Shown piece by piece: positions 9,680 through 18,994 of a stretch of DNA of 64,000 nucleotides. The first letter of the stretch is position 1. Every line of letters begins with the position of its first letter. The notes below the pieces were generated by a model. The model was not told the origin of the DNA. It saw only the letters and a program-made list of their open reading frames with translations, and did no database searches. The stretch is from Bryobacterales bacterium (GTDB lineage Bacteria > Acidobacteriota > Terriglobia > Bryobacterales > UBA6623): the NCBI GenBank assembly GCA_965214915.1, contig CBDCCP010000002.1:480844-544843 (forward strand), given 5' to 3'. The position numbers and the translations under genes are program-made.

Positions 9680-10978
9680 ATGAAGTTTCTGGCCGCGACG
9701 GCGCTGCTTGCCTCTCCCCTTTGGGCCGTGAGTCTCGAAGAGGCCCGTCGAGCGGCGCTGGCTAACCATCCGTCGGTAGGCGCGGTCCGCTCGGCGGCGG
9801 ACGCTGCGCGGGCCCGCCTGCGCATGGCCAAGGCGGGCCGCATGCCGCAATTGACATTCAGCGGCCTGTCCAAGGCGGGGCTTTCCGGCGCCATGAACGG
9901 CCTGGACCCGGTGGGCCTTGCCAATGCGCCGTTCTTTCGCAACTTCGCGGCAGGCGCGAACGTCGCCCATCCCGGTTTCGACTTCGGTCGGACCCGCTCG
10001 AACATCGCCGTGGAGCAGCGCCGTCTGAGGGCCGCCGAAGCGGATTTGGCCGCCGCCGAGGCCGAGATTCTGCTGCGCGTCGAGACGGCCTATTTCACGG
10101 CGCTGGGCGCCCGCGCCGCGCAACGGGCCGCCGCGCGCCTTGTCGCGAGCCGGGAAGCCGCCGCGCGGCAGGCGCGGGCGTTTTACGAAGCGGAGTTGCG
10201 CTCGAAGGTCGACTTCGGAATGGCCGAGGCGCAACTTGCCGCCGTGCGGGCAAGGCTCGCCGCCGCCGCCGCAGAATCCGCCGCAGCCCAGGCCCGCTTG
10301 GCCTACGCGATGGGCGCCGCCCCGGAAGACTTGGGCGCGCCGATCGAGACCGAGCTCGCCGCGCGCAATGCCGAGCCGCTCGATGCTCTGCTCGTCCGCT
10401 CCTATGAGCAGCGTCCGGATCTCCACGCGCTGCTAGCCCGCCGAGATGCCGCGCAGGCCGTCGTGGACTTGGCCAAAGCGCGCCGGAAACCCTGGTTCCG
10501 GGTCTTTTTTACAGGCGGTTGGGCGCGGTTCAATCCCTTGCAGCTCAGCAATCTGACCTCACTCGGCGCCGGACTCTCGATGCCCTTGCTGACGTTCGGC
10601 GCAACTCAAGGGGCGGTGGAAGAAGCCGAGGCGCTGCTCGCGCGGGCCGAACTCCGCCTGGAGGAAGCGCGGCAATTCGCGGCGCTCGAAACGCGCCTCG
10701 CCTTTTACGCGGTCCGCTCGGCCCGCGAAAAGCTGCCGTTACGGGAGCGGCAGGCGGAGTTGTCGGGCGAAGCCGCGCGCCTGGCGCGGGCCCGCTACCG
10801 CGAGCAGTTGGCAAGCCTGGTCGAGCTTTCCCAGGCGGAGAGCGATCTCGCAGCCGCGCAAGCCGCCGCGCTCGACGCGCGTTACGCATTGCAGAAGACG
10901 CTTGCGGAGTTGCGCTACGCCGTCGGCGAAATGCATGGGGCCGCCAGTGCCGCGCCGTCTGATACCCTCAGTCCATGA
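9680..10978 (+). CDS. TolC-family outer membrane efflux protein
   Basis: 432-aa ORF with a signal peptide and SLEEARRAALANHPSVGAVRSAADAARARL-type OEP repeats. Confidence 0.85.
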   Translation: MKFLAATALLASPLWAVSLEEARRAALANHPSVGAVRSAADAARARLRMAKAGRMPQLTFSGLSKAGLSGAMNGLDPVGLANAPFFRNFAAGANVAHPGFDFGRTRSNIAVEQRRLRAAEADLAAAEAEILLRVETAYFTALGARAAQRAAARLVASREAAARQARAFYEAELRSKVDFGMAEAQLAAVRARLAAAAAESAAAQARLAYAMGAAPEDLGAPIETELAARNAEPLDALLVRSYEQRPDLHALLARRDAAQAVVDLAKARRKPWFRVFFTGGWARFNPLQLSNLTSLGAGLSMPLLTFGATQGAVEEAEALLARAELRLEEARQFAALETRLAFYAVRSAREKLPLRERQAELSGEAARLARARYREQLASLVELSQAESDLAAAQAAALDARYALQKTLAELRYAVGEMHGAASAAPSDTLSP

Positions 10979-12408
10979 TCTATCGGGCGCTCATATTTTT
11001 TGCCGCTGCAGCCGGCGCCGTCTTGCTGCAGGCTTCCCAGCCGAACATCGTCTTGATCGTCTCCGACGATCAGGGCTGGAACGACGTGAGCTATCACGGC
11101 GGCGCCATTCCGACGCCCAACATCGACCGCATTGCCCAAGAAGGCGTCCAACTCGAACGCTATTACGCCTGCCCGGTATGCACTCCGACGCGGGCGGGGC
11201 TGATGACCGGCCGCTATCCGATCCGTTTCGGAATGCAGCGGGCCGTTTGCCGTCCGTTCCTCAAGGTCGGCGTGCCGCCGGCAGAGGAGACGCTGCCTGA
11301 AATGCTGGGCAGGGCGGGGTACCGCTACAGGGGCGCCGCGGGGAAGTGGCACATCGGCCACGCCTTCCGCAAATACCACCCCCTCAATCAAGGATTCAAT
11401 TTCTACATCGGCCATTACAACGGCAACATCGATTACTTCACGCACTTCCGGGAGGGCGAGCTCGACTGGCACCGCGGCTTCGAGGCCAACTTCGACGAAG
11501 GCTATTCGACCGACCTCATCGCGGACGCCGCGGTGGACTACATCGACCGCCGCGCCGGGGACGGCCCGTTCTTTCTCTACGTGCCGTTCAACGCTCCGCA
11601 CACGCCGTTCCAGGTTCCGGACAAGTGGCTGCCGCCTTTCGCTCAAGTGGAAAACGAGAACCGGCGCATCTACATGGCGATGGTCGCCGCGCTGGACGCC
11701 GCGGTCGGCCGCATCCTCGACGCCCTCGACCGCAACGGCCTGACCGGCGGTACGCTGGTGTGGTTCGCCTCGGACAACGGCGGTTTTGCCGCTTCGGACA
11801 ACTCGCCGCTGCGGGCCGGGAAAGGCACGGTTTACGAGGGCGGCATCCGGGTGGTCTCCGCGCTGCGCTGGCCCGACGGGATTTCCGGCGGAGGCCGCAA
11901 GGTGTCCGCCACGATGAGCTATCTGGATGTCTGGCCGACGCTGCGCCGCGTCGCGGGTCTCGGCGCAGCCGGCGGTCCGGGAGAGCCGTTGGACGGCGAG
12001 GACATGTTCGACGCGATCGCCGGCCGCCGCGACCCGGCGCCGCGCACGTTTTACTCCTATTACGAAAGGTACGGGGACGAGCAACTGGCTCTGATCGACG
12101 GCGATTGGAAGATCGTGCGCAGAGGCCCGCCGATCCTGGGTCCGAATCCTGCCGACGCGCCTCCCGATGGCCACCGGAGCAACCGGCAGGCGCCGCAAGA
12201 GCCGACCGTCGAACTCTTCAACATCCGCGACGACCCGCGCGAAGAACGCGATTTGGCGCGGCGGGAGTCCGCCAGGGTCCGCCGCATGATCGAACGGCTC
12301 AAGGAATTTCGGTCCCTCCGCGAGGACGGCGGCGTGCCGCCGATGACGGCTCCGCCCCCCGCCGGCTGGAAAGCTCCCAAGCATTGGACGCCGGCCGCCG
12401 AGGAGTAG
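10975..12408 (+). CDS. Arylsulfatase (type I sulfatase family)
   Basis: PNIVLIVSDDQGWNDVSYHGG and the formylglycine motif CTPTRAGLMTGRYP. ATGA overlap with the tolC-like stop. Confidence 0.9.
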   Translation: MIYRALIFFAAAAGAVLLQASQPNIVLIVSDDQGWNDVSYHGGAIPTPNIDRIAQEGVQLERYYACPVCTPTRAGLMTGRYPIRFGMQRAVCRPFLKVGVPPAEETLPEMLGRAGYRYRGAAGKWHIGHAFRKYHPLNQGFNFYIGHYNGNIDYFTHFREGELDWHRGFEANFDEGYSTDLIADAAVDYIDRRAGDGPFFLYVPFNAPHTPFQVPDKWLPPFAQVENENRRIYMAMVAALDAAVGRILDALDRNGLTGGTLVWFASDNGGFAASDNSPLRAGKGTVYEGGIRVVSALRWPDGISGGGRKVSATMSYLDVWPTLRRVAGLGAAGGPGEPLDGEDMFDAIAGRRDPAPRTFYSYYERYGDEQLALIDGDWKIVRRGPPILGPNPADAPPDGHRSNRQAPQEPTVELFNIRDDPREERDLARRESARVRRMIERLKEFRSLREDGGVPPMTAPPPAGWKAPKHWTPAAEE

Positions 12409-12453
12409 GGCGCGGGAGCAGCTTTGCCCTATACTGGATAGAGGAAGCCCGCT

Positions 12454-12692
12454 GTGAGCCTTCTCGTTGTCGAAGTTTACGAAGCCTTGATCGCCGCCGG
12501 CGCGCCGGAAGAGAAGGCCAGAGCCGGCGGCCGCGGCGATTCCCGCCGGCGGGAACTTGGCCACCAAGGATGACATCGCCGAGGTCAAGGTTGAGATGGC
12601 GAACGAGGTTCAAGGCGCTTTACCGCAATCTCTGGATGATGGCCGTCGGCATCGTCTCGCTTACCGTCGCCTTGGTCAAGCTCATCCTCTGA
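12454..12692 (+). pseudogene. DUF1640-like small membrane-anchored coiled-coil protein, reading frame broken twice
   Basis: Three consecutive frames read MSLLVVEVYEALIAAGAPEEKARA, then AAAAIPAGGNLATKDDIAEVKVEMANE, then FKALYRNLWMMAVGIVSLTVALVKLIL-stop. Removing one G near 12521-12530 and one near 12606-12608 gives a clean 78-codon ORF. GAGGAAG RBS upstream of GTG 12454. Confidence 0.5.
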
Positions 12693-13333
12693 CGCCGCGG
12701 GCCGTTACGCCGTCGGCCGGCGCGACAGGTCCAACGGCGCCGCATCACGCGCGCGGGCAAGCTCGGGGCCCCGGCCTGGACGGCTCCAGAAACGTGACCG
12801 ACCGGTAAAAATCGTCCAGCGCGACGGAAGAAGCCGTTTTCTTGCGCCCAGCGGCGCATCCGCTGATTGCAGGAATGCTCCCAAGACAGGATCTCCACGC
12901 GCCAGCCCCGTTTTTGCATGAGTTCCAAAGCGGTGTGAAAACCCGCGCCTTCGAGATAGCCCGCGCCGTCGCCGGTCAGCAAGACGACAATGCCCGGGTC
13001 GCCGTTGAAAATCAAGGCGTCCTTCAGCATTTCCAGTTGGAGCGCCCGATCGGGCATGTCCTGTTCGCCGCGTCCGGAACTGCCGCGGTCGAACAGATTC
13101 ACCTCCACGCCCATGTTTTCCATGCGGTTCCATAGCTGCCTCATCTCCGGCGGCACGGAACCGGCGGCAAGAGCCTTTTTTACATTACGGCCGGCCTGCG
13201 CCAAGCGCATCATGTTCTCGAAATCGATGCGCACGCGGTAACGGGCGTCGGGGCTTCTTTCCCGTTCTTCGGCCAAGCGCTGCGCCTCGTGGAAAACGTC
13301 GGAGTTGTCCCAATAAAGGAAAACGCTGTCCAT
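12620..13333 (-). CDS. NYN (LabA-like) domain protein; C-terminus probably frameshifted near 12821-12832
   Basis: MDSVFLYWDNSDVFHEAQRL...VVLLTGDGAGYLEGAGFHTALELMQKRGWRVEILSWEHSCNQRMRRWAQENGFF. The in-frame tail is Arg/Pro-rich junk that overlaps the opposite-strand gene. The +1 frame reads VALDDFYRSVTFLEPSRPG and stops at 12745. Confidence 0.65.
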   Translation of the reverse strand: MDSVFLYWDNSDVFHEAQRLAEERERSPDARYRVRIDFENMMRLAQAGRNVKKALAAGSVPPEMRQLWNRMENMGVEVNLFDRGSSGRGEQDMPDRALQLEMLKDALIFNGDPGIVVLLTGDGAGYLEGAGFHTALELMQKRGWRVEILSWEHSCNQRMRRWAQENGFFRRAGRFLPVGHVSGAVQAGAPSLPARVMRRRWTCRAGRRRNGPRRQRMSLTKATVSETMPTAIIQRLR

Positions 13334-13402
13334 GGCCGATGACTCCGCGAAATTTCTTCCTGTTGATTTTACCGCCTGTGCTCGCTGCAGGGCGCCCCGC
13401 AT

Positions 13403-13408
13403 TATAAT
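13403..13408 (+). promoter_or_regulatory. Perfect TATAAT -10-like hexamer 6 nt upstream of ATG 13415 (possible leaderless mRNA)
   Basis: The sequence is cattataatcgcggcATG. No convincing -35 hexamer was seen. Confidence 0.3.
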
Positions 13409-13414
13409 CGCGGC

Positions 13415-14077
13415 ATGAAGCCGACAACGCTCGTCCTTGCCGCCGCGCTCGCAATGCCGGGGCCGATTCGCGCGCAGGACGTGCGCCCCGTGTTTGCGCC
13501 CATCGAGGATGCGCCGGGTCTGCCTCGGGTTTTGCTGATCGGCGACTCGATTTCGATAGGCTACACGCTGCCGGCGCGGGCGCTGCTCGCAGGCGCCGCC
13601 AACGTTCACCGCATCCCCGTGAACGGCGGGCCGACGCCCCGAGGCGTCGAGCAGATCGATTCCTGGCTCGGCAAAGGCAAATGGGACGTGATCCATTTCA
13701 ACTGGGGGCTGCACGACCTCAAGTACATGAGCGACGGCCGCAAGCAGGTCGAGTTGGATATTTACGAGCGTAACCTCGAGCGGCTCGTCGAACGGTTGCA
13801 AGCGACCGGGGCCAAGCTGATTTGGGCGTCCACCACGCCCGTGCCCGATGCGCCGCTGTCTCTCCCCCGCGGAAGAATGCCGAGGTGGAGGAATACAACG
13901 CGGTCGCCGCCCGCATCATGGCCCGGCATGGGGTTGCGGTAAACGACCTGTATGCATTTTGCGCTGCCGCGGCTGGCGGACATGCAGCGCGAGGCGAACG
14001 TACACTTCCTGCCCGAGGGTTCGCGGCTGCTGGCGGAGCAGGTGGCCGCGGCGATCGGGAAGCGGCTCAAGGAGTAA
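13415..14077 (+). pseudogene. SGNH/GDSL hydrolase; about 30 codons are out of frame between two compensating 1-nt indels
   Basis: Block [12 protein letters not shown] and block [11 protein letters not shown] lie in frame 1. [32 protein letters not shown] is in the neighbouring frame. ALPRLADMQREANVHFLPEGSRLLAEQVAAAIGKRLKE (block V His) is back in frame 1, ending at TAA 14075-14077. As written, the ORF stops at 13942. Confidence 0.6.
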
Positions 14078-15236
14078 CCGGAGCCGCGGCGCCCGCGTCG
14101 CTTGCGCATGAGTCGGACAGCCGGGACAGACGAAAGCGCCGGATGTCCCAACTTGACGGCTTATCCAGACAGAACTCGGCTACGATCTTGCCGATCACGC
14201 TGCAAAACTTGAAACCGTGGCCCGAGAAACCGGCCGCTACGAATACGTCCGCCTCTCCGGGGTAGCGGTCGAGAATGAAATGCTCGTCGGGGCTGTTCGT
14301 AAACAGACATGCCCGGAGTTTGCGGACCGGCCCGTTGGCGGCCGGAAAATACTCTGCGACGGCTTCGCGCAGAACCGCCTCGTCCGCGGCGCCGCATTCG
14401 CGGTCCACTCGGTCCGGATCGTCCACGTACTGCCGCAAGTGATGGTATTTGCCGATCTTGAATCCTTCTCCGCGATGGTCGGGGAATCCGTAGAAGCGCC
14501 CGGACGGCGCTTCCAGATTGAAGATCGGAAATCTTTCGGGCGCGAAGAGCGCGGGCTGCGCCGGAGCGGTCCACAGCATGACCTGCCTCTCCGGCCGGCA
14601 CAGGGCCTGCAGTGGCGGGCACAGCTTGCCGGTCCAGGAGCCGGTGGCAATCGCCAGGCGCGCGGCTGAGTAGGTTCCTGAGTCGGTCTCGACGCGCAGA
14701 CCGCCGGCGTCTCGGCGCCAACTCCGCACGCGTTCCCCGGCGTGGATCTCGGCGCCCCGGTCCCGGGCGGCCTGCGCGTAAGCCGCGATGGCCAGTTCGG
14801 AAAGCAGATACCCGCTTTGGGCCTGATAGACGGCGCGCGCGGAGGCCGGCAGGCGGTAGCCGGGAAACCTGCGGTTGACTTCTCTGCCGTCAAGCTCCTC
14901 GAACTCCAACCCGTGCGCCAGACACGACCTCCGGGAGCCTTCGACCGTCCAACTCTTTGCGGGGCCGACGTCGAGTCCGCCGGTGAGGCGCAGGATGGAT
15001 TTTCCGGCGACCGCCTCGAGTTCCCGCCAGTACGCATAGGCGGAGCGCAGCAGCGGGACGTACTCGGGGCCCTCGGAATACGCCAGGCGGATAATGCGGG
15101 TCGATCCGTGCGACGAGCCGTAGCTATGCGGGATGTCGAATTGTTCGATGCCCAGCGTCTTGAGGCCGCTGCAGGCAAGGTGAAACACGGCGGCGCTGCC
15201 CATGCCGCCCACGCCGATGACGATTGCGTCGTACAT
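14067..15236 (-). CDS. solA: FAD-dependent N-methyl-L-tryptophan/sarcosine oxidase family protein
   Basis: 389 aa. MYDAIVIGVGGMGSAAVFHLA dinucleotide-binding motif and overall monomeric sarcosine oxidase-like sequence. Confidence 0.75.
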   Translation of the reverse strand: MYDAIVIGVGGMGSAAVFHLACSGLKTLGIEQFDIPHSYGSSHGSTRIIRLAYSEGPEYVPLLRSAYAYWRELEAVAGKSILRLTGGLDVGPAKSWTVEGSRRSCLAHGLEFEELDGREVNRRFPGYRLPASARAVYQAQSGYLLSELAIAAYAQAARDRGAEIHAGERVRSWRRDAGGLRVETDSGTYSAARLAIATGSWTGKLCPPLQALCRPERQVMLWTAPAQPALFAPERFPIFNLEAPSGRFYGFPDHRGEGFKIGKYHHLRQYVDDPDRVDRECGAADEAVLREAVAEYFPAANGPVRKLRACLFTNSPDEHFILDRYPGEADVFVAAGFSGHGFKFCSVIGKIVAEFCLDKPSSWDIRRFRLSRLSDSCASDAGAAAPVTP

Positions 15237-15244
15237 CGTCGGGT

Positions 15245-17332
15245 TCAGAAGCGGTCGCGGGAAGCGGCCATCGCGTGAATTTTCAAGATCTGCTCCCGGT
15301 TCAGCACTTCTGAGAACGCCGGCATCCCGTTGCCCCCTTGCAGCACCTTTTCGATGAACCGATCGGAGTCGAGGCGGGTCGGGAAGAGATTCGGGCCGCT
15401 GCCCCCGCCGGATTTATGGCAGCCGATGCAGCGCGCCCGGTAAATGCTCGCCGCTTCCGTGTCGGCGGGCGTAATCGGCTCGCCCCCTGCGGATGACGGG
15501 AATCCATACCCGGGCAGCACCCGGCCGCCGAGCGTGTGGCCCGGCTCGCCCACCCGCGGCAGTCCGCCTTCGAGCACCGTGAGATTTGCGCCGGGAGCGA
15601 CCCGCGCCGGACCGCCGCCGTCCAGCGCGAACACCCAGATATTCCCCGCCTTGGGTTCGGTGTAGTAGAACGTCATGTCCCCGCCGATGCCCCCCGAGGG
15701 AACCGCCACGTACTGCACGCCGTCGAGTTCGTAGGCGATCGGGCTGCCGATGATGCCGGAGCCGGTCTGGAACTGCCAGAGCAGCGTCCCGGTGCGCGCA
15801 TCCAACGCCATGAAATACCCCCGCATGTCTCCCGTGAAAACCAGTCCGCTCGAAGTGGCCAGCGAGCCGGCCCAGAACGGCGCGGGGCTCGTCCGGCGCC
15901 AGAGGATCTTACGGTCTACGACATCGAAGGCAACGAAATTGCCGGGGTTCTCGCTGGTCAGGTACTGCTGATAATCCGCGCCGAGGTACCATTCTCCGGC
16001 AGTCGGAGGCTCGAAGCGGTCTTCTTCCCAGAACTTGTAGCCCATGGCCCACTGGTTGGACATGAAATACAGGGTTTGCAACCGCGGGTTGTAGGCCAGA
16101 GGTTGCCAGTCGATCGCTCCTTCCAGACTGGGGACGATCGGACCGACTTCCGGGCCTCCCGATTCGGCGACCATGTCCGGGTTGACCGTAGGGCGGCCCG
16201 TTGCGGGGTCGAGACCCAATGTCCAGTTGATTCCGGGCACGATGGGCTCGGCGTAGAGAAACCTGCCGTCAGTGCGGTCCAAAGCGTAGAAGAAGCCGTT
16301 CTTGTCGTGGTGGAACAGCGCCTTGACGGGACCTTCGCCGGGGAGCTCGAGGTCGGCCAGGACCGGCGTGCTGACGGCGTCGTAGTCCCAGCAGTCCCAC
16401 GGCGTGTACTGGTAGCCCCAGGCGATCCGGCCGCTGTCGGCGTCGATGGCGACGGTAGCCGCGGTCCATTGGTTGTCGCCCTCGCGCACCCGGCAATTCC
16501 ACGGCGCGGCGTTGCCGGTATTCCAGTAAACCAGTTCGAGTTCGGGGTCATAGACGCCGGTAGTCCAGGTCGAGCCGCCGCCGTTCTTCCAGGTGTCGCC
16601 GGGCCAGGTCTCGTTGCCCTCTTCGCCGGGTCCGGGAATCGTATAGGTCGTCCAACGCAACTCGCCGGTGTTCGCGTCGAACGCCTTGACGAAGCCGCGG
16701 ATGCCGAATTCTCCTCCGGCGACGCCGGTCAGCACCATGTCCTTGACGACCAGCGGCGCTCCGGTGATGCTGTAGCCCTGCCGCCAGTCGATGACTTGCG
16801 TCTCCCAGACGACGGAGCCGGTCTCTCGGTCGAGGGCGACGAGACGAGCGTCCAACGTGCCGACGAAGACCCGCTCCCCCAAAAGCGCGACGCCGCGGTT
16901 GATCGCGCCACAGCAGTAAACGCGCTCGGCAGCGGGCGATATCTGGGGGTCGAATTGCCATTTCTGCGCTCCGGTGCGGGCGTCGATGGCGAAAACCCGC
17001 GATCCGTCTGCGGAAACGTAGAGCACGCCCTCATGGAGCAGCGGAGTCGCTTCAAGGCCGCGGTTCTCTCCGCCGGTCGCGAAAACCCAAACCGGATGCA
17101 GGCGGTCGATGGTCGCCGGATTGATTTGGTCGAGATCGACGTAGCGGTGGGCGAAGTAGTCGCGGCCGTACATCAGCCAGGCGCTGTTGTTGCCCGCCGC
17201 ATGCTCGAGATCTACGGGAGTCACGGCTTGGGCCGCGACAGGCGGCGCCGAAACCGCCTGCGCGGCAAGGAATGCGCCGAGCGCTGCAATGGGGCGCGAC
17301 AACATCTTCTTCCGCTTGTCTCCCATGCCCAT
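15245..17332 (-). CDS. PQQ-dependent dehydrogenase, quinohemoprotein type (C-terminal cytochrome c domain)
   Basis: Signal peptide MGMGDKRKKMLSRPIAALGAFLAAQAVSA. PQQ beta-propeller sequence (WLMYGRDYFAHRY...GLEATPLLHEGVLYVS). C-terminal CIGCHKSGG heme motif. The longer track ORF (to 17848) runs into the IS and was rejected. Confidence 0.85.
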   Translation of the reverse strand: MGMGDKRKKMLSRPIAALGAFLAAQAVSAPPVAAQAVTPVDLEHAAGNNSAWLMYGRDYFAHRYVDLDQINPATIDRLHPVWVFATGGENRGLEATPLLHEGVLYVSADGSRVFAIDARTGAQKWQFDPQISPAAERVYCCGAINRGVALLGERVFVGTLDARLVALDRETGSVVWETQVIDWRQGYSITGAPLVVKDMVLTGVAGGEFGIRGFVKAFDANTGELRWTTYTIPGPGEEGNETWPGDTWKNGGGSTWTTGVYDPELELVYWNTGNAAPWNCRVREGDNQWTAATVAIDADSGRIAWGYQYTPWDCWDYDAVSTPVLADLELPGEGPVKALFHHDKNGFFYALDRTDGRFLYAEPIVPGINWTLGLDPATGRPTVNPDMVAESGGPEVGPIVPSLEGAIDWQPLAYNPRLQTLYFMSNQWAMGYKFWEEDRFEPPTAGEWYLGADYQQYLTSENPGNFVAFDVVDRKILWRRTSPAPFWAGSLATSSGLVFTGDMRGYFMALDARTGTLLWQFQTGSGIIGSPIAYELDGVQYVAVPSGGIGGDMTFYYTEPKAGNIWVFALDGGGPARVAPGANLTVLEGGLPRVGEPGHTLGGRVLPGYGFPSSAGGEPITPADTEAASIYRARCIGCHKSGGGSGPNLFPTRLDSDRFIEKVLQGGNGMPAFSEVLNREQILKIHAMAASRDRF

Positions 17333-17381
17333 TCTGGCAGATGCGGCGTCTACCCTACGCCGGGCCGCAGCGCTTGAATGG

Positions 17382-17397
17382 GGAGCGGGCAAACCGG
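17382..17397. repeat. Left copy of the 16-bp direct repeat (target-site duplication) GGAGCGGGCAAACCGG
   Basis: Identical 16-mer at 18995-19010. It directly abuts the IS end TGT... Confidence 0.75.
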
Positions 17398-18994
17398 TGT
17401 CAAAGCCAAATAGAAATGTCCGCTTTTCTGCCAAGTAGAGATGTCCGCATTGGGGTAAGTGTCTGGGCGGTTGCTGAGGGGTTGGGGACGGGGAGAGGGG
17501 GGAGCTGTGGACTGGGATTCGGAGGCGGTTTGGGTGCAGGGGGCGGCGGAGGGAGGGCGCGCGCGCCCGGAGCCGCCTCCTGCACGAGGATGGCTCTTCA
17601 CGCTTCACGACAGGCCCTGCCGCTTCGCCTCGGCGAGCGCCACTGCCTCTCGTGCCATTTTCCTCCAGATATGCTTGCGGTGCGGTTTGCGTATCCGTCG
17701 AGCCTGCTCCTGCCGGACTCTCTGCACCGTCCGCTGCACGCTCTTCTCGTCGTCCACCGGCAGCGGCGGCGGCCCTTCCACTAACTGCTTCGCCGCCAAC
17801 TCGCGCCCCTGGTGCAGCACTCTCAGCGGGCCGTCGTACAGCGCACAAACCGTCACCGCTGCGTAGCGCAAACGATACCCCTTGCCCTGTCCCTGAATGC
17901 CGTATTCACTGCCCTGAAACTTGAAAGTCAGGTTCTTCGACAGCCTGCGCACATGCTGGGGACAGAGGATCCGATCCAGTTCGGCAGCCTCCCACTCTAC
18001 CGCCCGGTGGGCATCTTGCGCGTTCTGCGGAGCGCGCCCGAAGCGCGCGTTGTACTCCGCCATGTACTGCGGCACAAACGCGTTGGCCGCCTCGATGCCG
18101 CTCAAACCCCGTAGCCGAAACTCCCGCGGCAAGCGTGCTTGGAGCGTCTGGAAGGCCCGCTCCACACGCCCCTTGGCCTGCGGCGTGTGAGCATGAATAG
18201 GCTGGATGTCGAGCGCCTCCAGCGCCCGTGTGAACTGCGTCCTCGCGCCCTCCTGTTCCGGCCGGTTGACCCGGAAAATCGAGTGCTTGTCCGAGTACAA
18301 GGCCACCGGCCTCCCGTGCCGCTCAAGATACCCCCGCAGCGTCTGCATGTAAGCCTGCGTTGTCTCCGCCGCCCACAAGCGCAGCGCCAACAAGCGGCTG
18401 GTCGCGTCGTCCACGAAGGCGATCAGGCAGCAGCGCTGCCCACGGCCTTCGAACCAGTCGTGCGCCGACCCGTCGATCTGCACTAACTCTCCCACGCATG
18501 GACGCCGCTCACGCGGCTGATGCACACGCCCGGACCGTCGCGCTTTCGGCTGCCACAGACCCTCCTCGATCAGCCATCCCCGCAGCGTCTCTACACTCAG
18601 CCGGTAACCGTGCTCCTCCCTAAGCTTCTCCTGCGCCAGCGTCGGCGGAAAGTCCGCGTAGCGCTGCTTCACCAACTCCATAATCCCGCGCCGCGTCTCC
18701 TCGGCGATCGCTCGGTTCGACCGCTTGCCCCGCCGCAACGACACCAGCCCCGCCGCTCCGTAGCGTTTGTAGCGCCCCGCTAAGCGCCGCACCTGCCGCA
18801 CACACACCCCCAACTGCTCGGCTGCTTCCCGCTGCCGCAGCCGCCCGCCGACCACCGCTTGCATAACCCCCACTCGATCCGCTTCCTTCACGCTCAACCT
18901 TGCCTTCTCTCCTGAATCCACCCTGTGTCCCCTCCCCTCGAAAAGCGGACTCTTTAATCTGGTCCATACAGGACATTACTACTTGGGCGCTACA
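17398..18994 (-). mobile_element. IS1202/ISNCY-family insertion sequence, 1597 bp
   Basis: TGT...ACA termini. Imperfect 24-bp inverted repeats (TGTCAAAGCCAAATAGAAATGTCC versus TGTAGCGCCCAAGTAGTAATGTCC, 17/24). Subterminal GTCCGCTTTTC motif at both ends. One transposase ORF. 16-bp flanking direct repeat. Confidence 0.8.
17605..18921 (-). CDS. ISNCY/IS1202-family transposase (HTH plus rve DDE integrase core)
   Basis: 438 aa, GTG start. LSVKEADRVGVMQAVVGGRLRQREAAEQLGVCVRQVRRL...FPPTLAQEKLREEHGYRLSVETLRGWLIEEGLW...AHTPQAKGRVERAFQTLQ. Confidence 0.85.
   Translation of the reverse strand: MDSGEKARLSVKEADRVGVMQAVVGGRLRQREAAEQLGVCVRQVRRLAGRYKRYGAAGLVSLRRGKRSNRAIAEETRRGIMELVKQRYADFPPTLAQEKLREEHGYRLSVETLRGWLIEEGLWQPKARRSGRVHQPRERRPCVGELVQIDGSAHDWFEGRGQRCCLIAFVDDATSRLLALRLWAAETTQAYMQTLRGYLERHGRPVALYSDKHSIFRVNRPEQEGARTQFTRALEALDIQPIHAHTPQAKGRVERAFQTLQARLPREFRLRGLSGIEAANAFVPQYMAEYNARFGRAPQNAQDAHRAVEWEAAELDRILCPQHVRRLSKNLTFKFQGSEYGIQGQGKGYRLRYAAVTVCALYDGPLRVLHQGRELAAKQLVEGPPPLPVDDEKSVQRTVQRVRQEQARRIRKPHRKHIWRKMAREAVALAEAKRQGLS

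Noticed and set aside
17333-17848. N-terminal extension of the PQQ dehydrogenase ORF (867-aa version)
   Set aside because: The extension crosses the IS inverted repeat and the 3' end of the transposase gene. A good signal peptide begins at 17332.
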